Virus record (IMG/VR): IMGVR_UViG_3300046535_000869
Span: 1 to 64,000 of that record
DNA length: 64,000 nt
DNA from: a virus
Reading direction: 5' to 3' (one strand)
The stretch's first letter is position 1. Each line of letters starts with the position of its first letter. Positions 1 to 9,340 of this stretch are shown here, in pieces. The notes under the pieces are model-generated. The model made no database searches, was not told the DNA's origin, and saw only the letters and a program-made list of their open reading frames with translations. Made by a program: the position numbers and the translations under genes.

Positions 1-72
1 GTTGCCCGCGCAGCCGATGGTGGTCCCGGTGACGATGGTGAGCGCGAGTGCGAGCGCGAGTAGCTTCTTCAT
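1..72 (-). CDS. Lipoprotein, N-terminal fragment (spanin candidate); runs off the window
   Basis: ATG at 72 after GGAGGAG; MKKLLALALALTIVTGTTIGCAGN has a basic N-region, hydrophobic core and lipobox-like IG-C; lies downstream of lysis genes. Confidence 0.65.
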   Translation of the reverse strand, partial: MKKLLALALALTIVTGTTIGCAGN

Positions 73-78
73 GGTGTC

Positions 79-294
79 TTATCTCCTCCCGGTTCCCGCC
101 GGGTCGGCGTTGGCGATCTCGTCGTGGACGGCCCGACAGACGTCCTCGTTGCACTTCGGCCAGTCAGCCGGGTGCTTTAGCGCTGAGTGCAGGAGCTGAC
201 TGGTCCGCCGGAGGCGGATCACCAGCGCCGCGCACCGCGTCAGTGCCTTGTCGCAGAATCCGCATTCGGACGGTCCTCTGTGGAGGTCATGCAT
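79..294 (-). CDS. Hypothetical small Cys/His-containing protein
   Basis: 71-aa ORF filling the gap between the DUF5675 gene and the lipoprotein; CGFC...H...C...C. Confidence 0.45.
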   Translation of the reverse strand: MHDLHRGPSECGFCDKALTRCAALVIRLRRTSQLLHSALKHPADWPKCNEDVCRAVHDEIANADPAGTGRR

Positions 295-736
295 TCAGCG
301 GCCTCGGCTGTGCCGCGCGAATCGCAATCCACTTCGGCGCGTCGCCGAGCAGGGCCAGCCTCGTCGTGAACTCCGCGAGCGCCGCCCGCGAGAGTCCGAT
401 GGTCTCCTTCGCATGCACCTTCCCGATCCCGATGCAGCCGTCCGACTCGCCGGGATCGTTCATGGCATGAATACGGATGCCTGTACGGCCCGGTACGCCG
501 AGGATCTCCGGCAACCGATGGTCCGACCGAGGCGACCACAGCTCGCCGCGTAGTGAGCGCTGGCTGACCGAGTTGACGATCCGGTAAAGGCCCGGCGGAA
601 TCTCGACGCCGAGGCGCTCCAGCGTGAAGTACGTCGCCAGCCCCTCGATGAGCAACTCGCCGAGGATGGCGTCGTCGGCGGCTGGTCGTCGCTGCACCGC
701 GAAGACGGTCGACTTCAGGACCGACGGAGGCGTCAT
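287..736 (-). CDS. DUF5675-family protein (L,D-transpeptidase-like fold), candidate endolysin
   Basis: FTLE...IPPGLYRI...GVPGRTGIRIHAMN...DGCIGIG matches the DUF5675 His/Cys pattern; lysis position. Confidence 0.75.
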   Translation of the reverse strand: MTPPSVLKSTVFAVQRRPAADDAILGELLIEGLATYFTLERLGVEIPPGLYRIVNSVSQRSLRGELWSPRSDHRLPEILGVPGRTGIRIHAMNDPGESDGCIGIGKVHAKETIGLSRAALAEFTTRLALLGDAPKWIAIRAAQPRPLNA

Positions 737-1161
737 ACCGCTGGCGTCTCCGCGCGAGGCCCGTCGGCCGGATGGTCTGGGGTCGGCTGCGGCCCTGCCG
801 GTTGGACGATGTCGTTCCCGGCTTCGTCCTGCTTGCCGCGTAGGAACTTCGTCAGGTAGCGCCGGTCGTACCAGTCTCCGGCCGCGTCGGCCGTCAGGAG
901 CATCGACAGCGCGCCCATCAGGAGCGCGATCTCTGAGCTGGCGACAATCAGCGTGGAGATGCCGATAATGTTCAAGATGACAAGTCGGACCACCTTCCGG
1001 CGGACGTTGGCATACGCGATACGACTGCGCGCGCCGTTCAGGCCGCGATCTTTCAGCACCGCGCAGTCAGCGATGGCCATCGACAGGACGCCAGCAGTCG
1101 TCGCGACGCCGACGATGGTGAGCGCGAGGACGATAGCTTCAAGTGTGACGTGGTCGACCAT
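733..1161 (-). CDS. Membrane protein with about 3 TM segments (holin candidate)
   Basis: Three hydrophobic stretches; next to the putative endolysin. Confidence 0.6.
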   Translation of the reverse strand: MVDHVTLEAIVLALTIVGVATTAGVLSMAIADCAVLKDRGLNGARSRIAYANVRRKVVRLVILNIIGISTLIVASSEIALLMGALSMLLTADAAGDWYDRRYLTKFLRGKQDEAGNDIVQPAGPQPTPDHPADGPRAETPAV

Positions 1162-1351
1162 TGGCCCGGACTCCATACACTTCGCTTTCGAGGCGAAGCA
1201 TTTCTGTCTCGACGGATTCGAGACGGCGTTTCGTTTGACTGCGGAGCACCAGATCCTCGTGAATCCGGGTCTCGGTGGTCTCGGTGACGGCCGGGCGCTT
1301 CTCGCGCCGACGGTCAGGGAACAAGCGACGGACCAACATTAGCCAGTCCAT
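1139..1351 (-). CDS. Hypothetical coiled-coil protein in lysis cassette
   Basis: 70-aa ORF between membrane-protein genes. Confidence 0.55.
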   Translation of the reverse strand: MDWLMLVRRLFPDRRREKRPAVTETTETRIHEDLVLRSQTKRRLESVETEMLRLESEVYGVRANGRPRHT

Positions 1352-1354
1352 ACC

Positions 1355-1597
1355 TCACGCTCCCTGCTTGGTCGCCGGGTTGCCGGTGTGCATCGTCGCC
1401 AGTACTTCAGCCGCCAGCGTGCCGCGCAGCGCGATAGTCTTCCACTCGTCCCGCTCGCATTTGAGCGCCGCGATTTGGGTCTGATAGTCCTTGCCCCAGA
1501 CCCAGTAGCCGCGATAGCTGCCGTAGAGGAGCGCGACGAGCAGGCCCGGAAAGCCGATGTGTGACAGCTTCTCGTAGAGGCTGTATAGCTCCTCCAT
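1355..1597 (-). CDS. Single-TM membrane protein (holin-like)
   Basis: MEELYSLYEKLSHIGFPGLLVALLYGSYRGYWVWGK plus coiled coil; TAATG overlap with upstream gene. Confidence 0.65.
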   Translation of the reverse strand: MEELYSLYEKLSHIGFPGLLVALLYGSYRGYWVWGKDYQTQIAALKCERDEWKTIALRGTLAAEVLATMHTGNPATKQGA

Positions 1598-2217
1598 TAC
1601 GGGGCCTCCACGGTCGCGACCTCGGTGACGACCAGCCATTGGTTCGACGGCGAGCCGCCGGTCAGGTTGCCGTTCGAGTTCACCATCGTGAGCATCAGCG
1701 GCTGGCTGATGTGGTCGCTGTAGTCCCAGACGTCGCCGATGAGGCCCCAGCCGCCGCCGAAGGGTGCCGTCCGGTCGTCGAGGTACTCGCCGGGAATGAC
1801 GTACCTCCGACGACCAGCCGTCGCGAGCAGCGTGCTGAGCTGCGTCAGGACGGTTGAGTAGCCGGAGACGGTCGTTCGGCCAAGATAGCCGGTGACCTCG
1901 TGACCGTTCACCGTGCCGACCACGTACGAGTCGCCGGTCCCGACGTTGCTGTAGCCGGAGACCAGATTCCCGAACAGCATGATCCGCCGTGGCATGTTGA
2001 CGGCTCCGACGTCGGCAGGCGCGATCTCGAATGGCGTCGACGGGAGCGCCTTGAACTGCGCGTCGGTCATCGGCGTCGCGACGATCCCATTGCCGCCAGC
2101 GAGCGCGAGGATGCGTGTCTCGTGGTCGGCGAGGTCGGCGGCGATGTCGTTCGCGTCTTGGTAGCCGAGGGGTTCGTCGACGACAAACGGGATGCCGCCG
2201 TTGAGTGGTGTGTACAT
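1597..2217 (-). CDS. Hypothetical tail-associated protein
   Basis: 206 aa, beta-rich, coupled to the tail-tip gene. Confidence 0.6.
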   Translation of the reverse strand: MYTPLNGGIPFVVDEPLGYQDANDIAADLADHETRILALAGGNGIVATPMTDAQFKALPSTPFEIAPADVGAVNMPRRIMLFGNLVSGYSNVGTGDSYVVGTVNGHEVTGYLGRTTVSGYSTVLTQLSTLLATAGRRRYVIPGEYLDDRTAPFGGGWGLIGDVWDYSDHISQPLMLTMVNSNGNLTGGSPSNQWLVVTEVATVEAP

Positions 2218-5200
2218 TATCGGAGTCCTTTGCCGGGAGCGCCGTCCGAGAACGCGCCAGTCGTCCGGTCACTGAGGAAGAAATACTTCGCCTTGTTCGC
2301 TGCCGACTCTGTCGTCCACGGCCCGAGTACGTCCCGGTCGCCGAGGACGCCAGCCGTCGAGAAGAACCGGTCGACGTCGACACAGGTCAGCTTTACGATG
2401 GGAGCCGTCGTCATGTCGTTCAGGAGATCCTGAATCCCCAGCACCCACAGCGGCCGATTGATCCAGCCAGCCGCGCCGACGCCGTCGTAGTCGTCGACCT
2501 GCACGATGGAGCCGAGGTTGATCTTAATGTTCGGCAGCGTAGCCGTGAGCGTCACGTACCGAGGCGGGTACTTGCCGAACGTCAGGTCGCGCCCGACGAC
2601 GTCCTTTGCCGTGACCGGGTCGTCGGTGTAAGGCATCTGTCGGAGGTCTTGCCGGGCGACGTGGCCTCTGTTATCGAAGATGGCCTTCGCGTCCTTCTGC
2701 ATCTCGCTCGCGACGAGGAACTGTCGCTGGAGCGCCGGGCGGTAGCCGTAGCTGTAGACGATCTGGTTCTCCATTTCCTCCAGCGCCCGGTCGATGTCGG
2801 TGTCGGCGGTGAGGTCGTGGATGTCCGTCAGGTGGATGACGTTCGACAGATCCTCGAAGTCGTTCAGGTGACAGGCGAACACTTGGCCGTGTTGGTTCTG
2901 CCCAAAGCGCACGCCGAACGAGTTGAAGAACTTGCCGAGGACGTCCCGGACGGAGGTCGGCTGATCGAGGTAGATCTGGCCACGATAGTACCGGCCGATC
3001 CGGTTCGTCTCGATGTCTTCCATGAGCGACAGGCAGGCTGTGTTGACGACCGGCGTGCCGTCGTCGAACAGCCTCGGGTCCAGCCAGCCGCCGCTCGTCC
3101 ACGCCTCGTCGGCAGGCGGGAGGATGAAGTTCTGGAGCATGTGGAACAGTTGCCGAACCGCGCCGTCGATGGTGCTTCCGGTCGAGTCGCCGACGTCCTC
3201 GATGGCACAGCACCTGAGCAAGATCTTCTCTGGCAGCGGGTCGAGCTTTGTGAAGATGACGGTGTACCAGTGGCCGTTGTAGACCTGATAGTTCGTCGAG
3301 AAGTGGTCCTCCCAGTGCGGCTTCGTCGGTGCGAGCCAGATGTCGCCGTACTGCGCCTCTGGGACTTGGTCGTAGATGCCGTCGACGGGTTGCGGCTGCG
3401 CGGTCGGGACGGTCGTGTCAACCGCCCGCTTCGTGAAGATAGACTCGATGTGCCTGATAGCGTGGCCGAAGACCACCAACCGGTTGTAGCTCGCCCCGTT
3501 AATGAGCTGCTTGCCAGCCGGAATCGCCGGGACAACTCCATCCTCCGGCTTCGACGACGTACCTCCCGGGATCTGAACAATCGGGTTGTCCGAGTAGGAG
3601 TCCCAATAGACGACGCCATGCCCAAGGTCAAGGGTCGACGTAACGCCCGGCCCGACCTCAACCTGCCAGTCGTACAACGGCCCCCAGTCCGAGTAGAAGG
3701 ACCGATGCCTGATGACCCGGTAGCCGGTGAGCGTGAAGCCAGTCGGCGGACTGAAGGCGTCCCATGAAATCTCGGCGTTGTGGATGCGCCCGGCCGTCGC
3801 GCTGCACCAGACCGGCGCGATGTAGCCCTCACCAGACTGCGCTCGGCCGCTGAAGTACGTCGGCCCGGTCGGGTCGGCGTCGGCTTTCATCATCGCGTAG
3901 ACCAGATAGAACTGGTTGATCCGAAGCGCGATCCAGTAGGCGCTTCCGTCTGGATTCTCCTGATGGTCCGTGCCTTCGTAATCTGTAAAGGATGTCGTCC
4001 CTGTGCCGACGAACGAGTACTTCTCAATCGTCCCATCCGGCAGGCCGTTTGTCTTTAGTTGGGAGTGTTGCCGGAAGTCGTCCCTGAAGGAGGCGTAGAC
4101 GCGATAGCCCTTGATCGCCCCAGCGTACGCATCCCATGACACGTCGACCTGTCCGCCAAGCCCGACGACGACCGTCGTATAAGCAGGCTCTGACTCCAGT
4201 CCTTCGTCTGAGCCATCGTCGATGACGGCCGTGACCGCATAGTGAAGCGGAGACGGATACGACTCCGTAAAGCCAAAGTTGGGGTTGTTCGGGAAGTGGA
4301 TATTCCCGGCGTCCGAGTACACAGCCGAGAGGCCAGTCGGCGCGGCTGCGCGCGGGAGCATCGTGTACCGCACGTTCGCGACGACGCCCGACGGCGGCTC
4401 GGTGAGGTTGTGCGCGAGGTCCGGGAAGATCCCGTAGCCGATTGGGACGTACGTCTGGAGCTGCTCCGTCGGCGCGTCCGGGAAGTCCTCGCCGATGACG
4501 CGCGACGGGATCGTCTTCTCTAGGTTGAAGTCGCTAAACTCCGAGCCGAGCACGTCGTTGAACGTGAGCGACCGCCGGAGGCCGCTGGATTTATGCCCGC
4601 GCCAGATGCCACGGAACCGGGTCCATGGCGTTTCGTTCGCCTCGATGGACGCCTGACTCGACAGGCTGATGCGGCCTTCCCGGTTCTGCCAATTCTGCGT
4701 GGCCTGTGCGGCTTCGAGCGCCGACAGCAGCCGGTCAGAGTCGTCGATTTCGACCTGACACTGGGCCATCTGGTACGGGCTTTGCCGAGTGGACAAGGCA
4801 CGCGTTATGCTGCCGAAGCTGATGACCTTGCCCAGCTTCCGTCCGCCTTGGTACGTCGGCGGGTGGTTCAGTGTGTCGAGCGAGAAGGATCTATCCATGT
4901 CGTCGTACCCAATCGTCATCCACACGCGGAAGACTTGGTTCCGGCCGGTCAGTAACCGGCCGTCGGTAGGGTCCGGTTGGACATCGATCTCCCCGCCTCC
5001 TACGCATGTGCCTTCCGGTGGAGGAGGCGACGGCGAGGCCGACGCGCTGGGCGAGACACTGGCCGATGGACTGACTGAGGCCGACGGTACCGCCGGGTCC
5101 GACATCGCGAAGAACAAGCCGTCGGCGGGCCAGTTCCCGGCCGCGTTGCCGGAGCTGTGCGACAGCGTGCGGACGACCGCCATCGTCGCGTAGTCGATCT

Positions 5201-6029
5201 TGAGCGCCGACATCGTCGCGAGGCTGTCGTCCGGTGCGATCCATGCCCAGATGGCCGAGTGGTCATCAAGGTCGAGCGCGAGGCTGATGTCGTTGAAGCT
5301 GTTCCCGACGGTATAGCTGCCCAGCGTCGACCCGCTCGACCCGTCGATGCGCCGGATGGTCTGCGCGTAGGTGTCAGGATACGACGCGCTTTTGTCGGTG
5401 AAGTGCGGGATGAACAGCTCCCCGGTGTCGGGATGGCACAGCCACTGCACGCCCCAGTTTTCGTTGTTCCCGCCCTCGGCCGTCAGGTCCGACAGCGCGA
5501 CGTCGTTGACCAAGTCCCACCGATGAATCGGCGACAGGTGTCCGGCCGTCCCGGTGTACTCGGCGCTCGCGCAGTCCTCCGCGTAGTAGAGGATGGTTCC
5601 GGCCGCGTTGACCGCGAAGCCGTTGATAGTGTGATACGGCAGGGTCCAGACCGTGCCAACGACGCCAGCATCAGAGACCGCCGTGATCTTGCAGTCGCGC
5701 TTCGGCGTGAACGTGCGCCCGTCCCGGCCTTGGTAGAACGTGTTGTTCCAGTCACAGGAGACAGGCCAACTGTTCCCGGTGTCGCCAGACAGGTACGTCG
5801 ACGGGTTCGCGATGACGTTGAAGCTGGCGTCGAGGATGCGAAGGCTGATCGCGCCGCCGCTCTGAAAATACTTGTGCGCCCAGACGAGCGACGGCAGGAT
5901 GGCACAGTACTGATGCCCCTGAAGCGAGATGCTGTCGGTCGTGATGGAGCCGTCGATGGCCGAGACGAGGCACGTCCGAAGACCAGCCTGTCGGCCGAAC
6001 AGCAGTTGATTCGGTCCAAACGTCGGCAT
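2217..6029 (-). CDS. Tail tip / central fibre (host-specificity J-like) protein with N-terminal propeller-like region, SPSAS linker and FN3-like domains
   Basis: 1270 aa at the end of the tail module; AAPTGLSA...VSWDAYAGAIKGYRVY is FN3-like; hub-like C-terminus. Confidence 0.7.
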   Translation of the reverse strand: MPTFGPNQLLFGRQAGLRTCLVSAIDGSITTDSISLQGHQYCAILPSLVWAHKYFQSGGAISLRILDASFNVIANPSTYLSGDTGNSWPVSCDWNNTFYQGRDGRTFTPKRDCKITAVSDAGVVGTVWTLPYHTINGFAVNAAGTILYYAEDCASAEYTGTAGHLSPIHRWDLVNDVALSDLTAEGGNNENWGVQWLCHPDTGELFIPHFTDKSASYPDTYAQTIRRIDGSSGSTLGSYTVGNSFNDISLALDLDDHSAIWAWIAPDDSLATMSALKIDYATMAVVRTLSHSSGNAAGNWPADGLFFAMSDPAVPSASVSPSASVSPSASASPSPPPPEGTCVGGGEIDVQPDPTDGRLLTGRNQVFRVWMTIGYDDMDRSFSLDTLNHPPTYQGGRKLGKVISFGSITRALSTRQSPYQMAQCQVEIDDSDRLLSALEAAQATQNWQNREGRISLSSQASIEANETPWTRFRGIWRGHKSSGLRRSLTFNDVLGSEFSDFNLEKTIPSRVIGEDFPDAPTEQLQTYVPIGYGIFPDLAHNLTEPPSGVVANVRYTMLPRAAAPTGLSAVYSDAGNIHFPNNPNFGFTESYPSPLHYAVTAVIDDGSDEGLESEPAYTTVVVGLGGQVDVSWDAYAGAIKGYRVYASFRDDFRQHSQLKTNGLPDGTIEKYSFVGTGTTSFTDYEGTDHQENPDGSAYWIALRINQFYLVYAMMKADADPTGPTYFSGRAQSGEGYIAPVWCSATAGRIHNAEISWDAFSPPTGFTLTGYRVIRHRSFYSDWGPLYDWQVEVGPGVTSTLDLGHGVVYWDSYSDNPIVQIPGGTSSKPEDGVVPAIPAGKQLINGASYNRLVVFGHAIRHIESIFTKRAVDTTVPTAQPQPVDGIYDQVPEAQYGDIWLAPTKPHWEDHFSTNYQVYNGHWYTVIFTKLDPLPEKILLRCCAIEDVGDSTGSTIDGAVRQLFHMLQNFILPPADEAWTSGGWLDPRLFDDGTPVVNTACLSLMEDIETNRIGRYYRGQIYLDQPTSVRDVLGKFFNSFGVRFGQNQHGQVFACHLNDFEDLSNVIHLTDIHDLTADTDIDRALEEMENQIVYSYGYRPALQRQFLVASEMQKDAKAIFDNRGHVARQDLRQMPYTDDPVTAKDVVGRDLTFGKYPPRYVTLTATLPNIKINLGSIVQVDDYDGVGAAGWINRPLWVLGIQDLLNDMTTAPIVKLTCVDVDRFFSTAGVLGDRDVLGPWTTESAANKAKYFFLSDRTTGAFSDGAPGKGLR

Positions 6030-6707
6030 CTATTCGTCCAATCCTGCGAGGGTGAGCCATGCCGAGATGGCGTACGGCTGGGTGTCCAGCGGCGCGCCGT
6101 CCTCCGGGTCCGGCTGAATCTGAATCGCTCCGCCGTTCGTGCAGCTCGGAACGACCGGAGCCGGGTAGGCCAGCACCTCGATGCACAGTTGTGACAGCTC
6201 GACGAACGGGTCAGGGTCCGGCCGACTCAGGATCTCGATGGCAAGCTGTGACAGCTCGATGACCGGGTCGGCGTCCAGCAGCGCCAGCGCCTCAATCGGG
6301 AGCTGCGAGAGGTCGGCGAAGCTGGTCTCCGGGCTGACCGACGGACTGACCGAGGACGATGGCGACCGGCTGGCGCTCGGCGAGCGCGATGGTGAGGCCG
6401 AGGCAGACGGGCTGGCCGAATGCGACGGAGATGTCGAGAATGATTGCGAGGTCGACGACGACGGTGAGGTCGAGGCCGAGGCACTCAGCGACGAAGACGA
6501 CGACGGCGAGACGGAGGCTGACGGGCTGACCGAAGCCGAGGCTGATGCGCTCGGAGAGACAGAGGCCGACGGTGACTGCGAGGCACTCGGCGAATGCGAG
6601 GACGAGATCGGTTCGAGAATCGGGTCCGGCTTGCCGTCGACCCAGTTATCCCCGCTGTTCGGGCCGACGCCCGGTACCGGTTTGCCGTCGATGAAATTGT
6701 CGCCCAT
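6030..6707 (-). CDS. Ser/Pro-repeat tail-associated protein
   Basis: ATG at 6707 (TAATG overlap); ~90 aa of SPSAS repeats, then three (D/E)LSQLxIE repeats. Confidence 0.7.
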   Translation of the reverse strand: MGDNFIDGKPVPGVGPNSGDNWVDGKPDPILEPISSSHSPSASQSPSASVSPSASASASVSPSASVSPSSSSSLSASASTSPSSSTSQSFSTSPSHSASPSASASPSRSPSASRSPSSSVSPSVSPETSFADLSQLPIEALALLDADPVIELSQLAIEILSRPDPDPFVELSQLCIEVLAYPAPVVPSCTNGGAIQIQPDPEDGAPLDTQPYAISAWLTLAGLDE

Positions 6708-9340
6708 TAGTTGATCGACGCGACCCAGTCGCTGACGAAGATGTTCCCGGCCGTGCCATCGACATCGACGAATGTCGTCGCGACGCCGTTGTCCGAGAAC
6801 GTGGCCGTCGTGCCGCAGACCTGATACCACGTCGAGGCCGACGTCAGCGTCGCCGTCGCGAGGACCGCATCAGCCGAGATGCCGACCGCCGGGTTCGCCT
6901 TCTGCATCAGCCTCGGCGCGTTCCCGTTGTAGCTCCCGTCCTTCTGGACCCACGCGCAGACATTTGCGCTGTGCGTGTTATTGACGGACGTGTACCGGAC
7001 GCCAGTTGTTAGCTTCCGCAGAGCGCTCGTCGGCGTCAGCTTCTCGGACGTGGTCGCCGGGCTGTGGACCGTTGTGCTCTCTTGCGCGACCGTGCCGTGC
7101 GCGTAGTCGGTGCGGTTCAGGCCAGCAGTCCGCTGGTAGTTCTGATAGGCGATCTCGTCCAGCGCGTAGAGCGTGCCGCTGACCTTCGTCGTTGAGGCGA
7201 ACAGGCAGTTGTTGAAGACGATCTTCGTATGCGCGAACGCCCACGCGACGTCGGCCCCGCTGTGCGTCGTATAGAGCGAGCCGTTCGACGTGCCGAAGTC
7301 ACAGCCGTCGAACCGGAGGCCCTCGGCGTAGACAGAGTTGGTACCGTTCCCGTCCATGCGAAGACCGTACGGTTGCGGGTAGGACGTGTCTCCGTACGCC
7401 TTGAAGTTCGTGAAGAATACGTCGGCGAGGTTCGCGCCGAAGGCGACGCCAGCCTGCGCGTTGCCAAAAAGCAGCGCGTCATGGATGACCAAGTTCCGCT
7501 GCTGTGTTTGGTTGACGTAGCCGTACTCGTTCCGCCACGCTGTTAGGCCGTTGATCGTGATGTTGTTCCCGCCAGCGATATATAGGCCGACGCCGACGCT
7601 CGTCTGGCTGTGAACCACGAACGGCCCAAGATTGATCCCGGTGTAGTCAGTTGTGTCAGCACCATTCCCGATGTAGACCCCACCGTTTCGAGTCCCACAG
7701 CACGAGCGAATATTAGTGAGCGTGAGGCCGGGATGGTTCCCTACGCCGACCATGTACCAAATGCCGTCGCTGAATTGCCCGTTGCCGCCATGCACCAGCA
7801 CGATGTCGTTCATCGTGAAGGTGCCGCTCAGCGTCCCGTTCAGCATCACGGTTTCGCACTGGTTGCCTTTGATGTCGGCATTGAACATGACCAGATGCTG
7901 GACGTTCCAGACGCCAGTGCCTAGCACGTTCGCCCCGTCGTCCCGGTAGAGAATGCTGCACGCGGCGTCGTAGACCGAGTCGTACTCGGCCGTGAACGTC
8001 CCGCCGGTTGTGGTCTTGGTTCCCCAGCACGATTGAGTGTTGTTCCGGTCGTAGCCGCAATACCTGAACGCCGTCCATGACAGGTCGACGATGGACAGCT
8101 CGCCGAACCTGCTGATCATCATGTTGGTCGAGCTGGACGACCGGACGATGACGTTCCGCGTGAGCAGGACGACCTCGGCCTGCACCTTGTCCGTCGTCGA
8201 CCCTTCGTGGAGGTAGGTCACGCCGCCGGTCCATGCGAGGCTCGACGCCCCGGCGTTCGTGTTCAGCGTGACCCGCTCGATGTGCGTGTTCGTCCGGTCA
8301 GTTGTCGCGATGCCGACTACGTCTCCGCTCAGCCAACCGGTGTCGTCAGCAACCGTGGCCGACGTCCCAGAGGCGGCGAGGTTCGCCGTCAGCAGCGTCC
8401 AGACGACGTCCTTGCCACTGGTGCGCGAGAGTCCGCCGGTCTTGAAGGTCGCTGTGTTCAGGACGTGAATCCCATGCGCGGCGTCAGAGGCTTCGACCAG
8501 CTCCAAGACCGCCGTCGAGGTCCGAGGAATCTCCGCGACGCCCGCCTCGCCGATGGTCATCTTGCCGCCGGGCCAGATGTCGAGCCAGCCGTCCAGCTTC
8601 AGGTAGTAGTTCGTCGACCCGGCCGTCCCGTACGCGAAGATGCCGTTGTAGCTGATGGCGAGCGCCGGGATGTTGGTGTTCGTCGAGCCGTTCCCGAAGG
8701 TGGTGGTCGCGGTGTTGTCGTTCGTGACCGTGACCGTCGAGGCCGTCGCCGGGTTGGTCGCCCCGTCGAGGAGGCCCTGCACGTACATATCGTCGCCAGC
8801 TCCGGGCGTGCCGGTCGCCGTTCGGACGACGAGCCTGATGGTGTTGTTCCCGACGCCGTCGCCGAACACGGTGATCTCGTTCGTCACGCTGGACGTGAAC
8901 CGGAGGATGTAGCTGTCGGTGCCGTTAGGCGTGAAGGCCGTCGGGCATTTCATGTGATGCCAGCCGCCGTTGTGCTCGGCTGTGGTATTCGACCCGCCGC
9001 CGACGAAGTCGCTGATGTTGGCCGTGACCGTGCATTGGTCGGTGCTGGTCGTGCTATTCCGAAGGATGCCGGTTAGGGTTCCAGTCGGCGACGTAACACG
9101 CGAGGCGATCCAGATTGCGAATCCCTCGACCTGCGAGTTGCCGAGGACGAACGTCGAGGAGTCGATGTTGCCGGTACCAACGCCGATCTGGCCGACCGGC
9201 GAGACGACGTTGTTCCCGGCCGCATCAGTCGTCAGCCAGTTGCCGGACAGGTTGATGTTCCCACCAGCGACGAAGATCGCCGCCTCCGCGCGCACGCTCG
9301 CGCACGCGAGGAACGCCAGAATCATGAGCAGCTTCTTCAC
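6707..9340 (-). CDS. Signal-peptide-bearing G8-like/right-handed beta-helix protein
   Basis: GTG start overlapping the upstream TGA; MKKLLMILAFLACASVRAEA signal; GWLSGDVVGIATT...LLTRNVIVRS; PbH1-like repeats. Confidence 0.65.
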   Translation of the reverse strand: MKKLLMILAFLACASVRAEAAIFVAGGNINLSGNWLTTDAAGNNVVSPVGQIGVGTGNIDSSTFVLGNSQVEGFAIWIASRVTSPTGTLTGILRNSTTSTDQCTVTANISDFVGGGSNTTAEHNGGWHHMKCPTAFTPNGTDSYILRFTSSVTNEITVFGDGVGNNTIRLVVRTATGTPGAGDDMYVQGLLDGATNPATASTVTVTNDNTATTTFGNGSTNTNIPALAISYNGIFAYGTAGSTNYYLKLDGWLDIWPGGKMTIGEAGVAEIPRTSTAVLELVEASDAAHGIHVLNTATFKTGGLSRTSGKDVVWTLLTANLAASGTSATVADDTGWLSGDVVGIATTDRTNTHIERVTLNTNAGASSLAWTGGVTYLHEGSTTDKVQAEVVLLTRNVIVRSSSSTNMMISRFGELSIVDLSWTAFRYCGYDRNNTQSCWGTKTTTGGTFTAEYDSVYDAACSILYRDDGANVLGTGVWNVQHLVMFNADIKGNQCETVMLNGTLSGTFTMNDIVLVHGGNGQFSDGIWYMVGVGNHPGLTLTNIRSCCGTRNGGVYIGNGADTTDYTGINLGPFVVHSQTSVGVGLYIAGGNNITINGLTAWRNEYGYVNQTQQRNLVIHDALLFGNAQAGVAFGANLADVFFTNFKAYGDTSYPQPYGLRMDGNGTNSVYAEGLRFDGCDFGTSNGSLYTTHSGADVAWAFAHTKIVFNNCLFASTTKVSGTLYALDEIAYQNYQRTAGLNRTDYAHGTVAQESTTVHSPATTSEKLTPTSALRKLTTGVRYTSVNNTHSANVCAWVQKDGSYNGNAPRLMQKANPAVGISADAVLATATLTSASTWYQVCGTTATFSDNGVATTFVDVDGTAGNIFVSDWVASIN

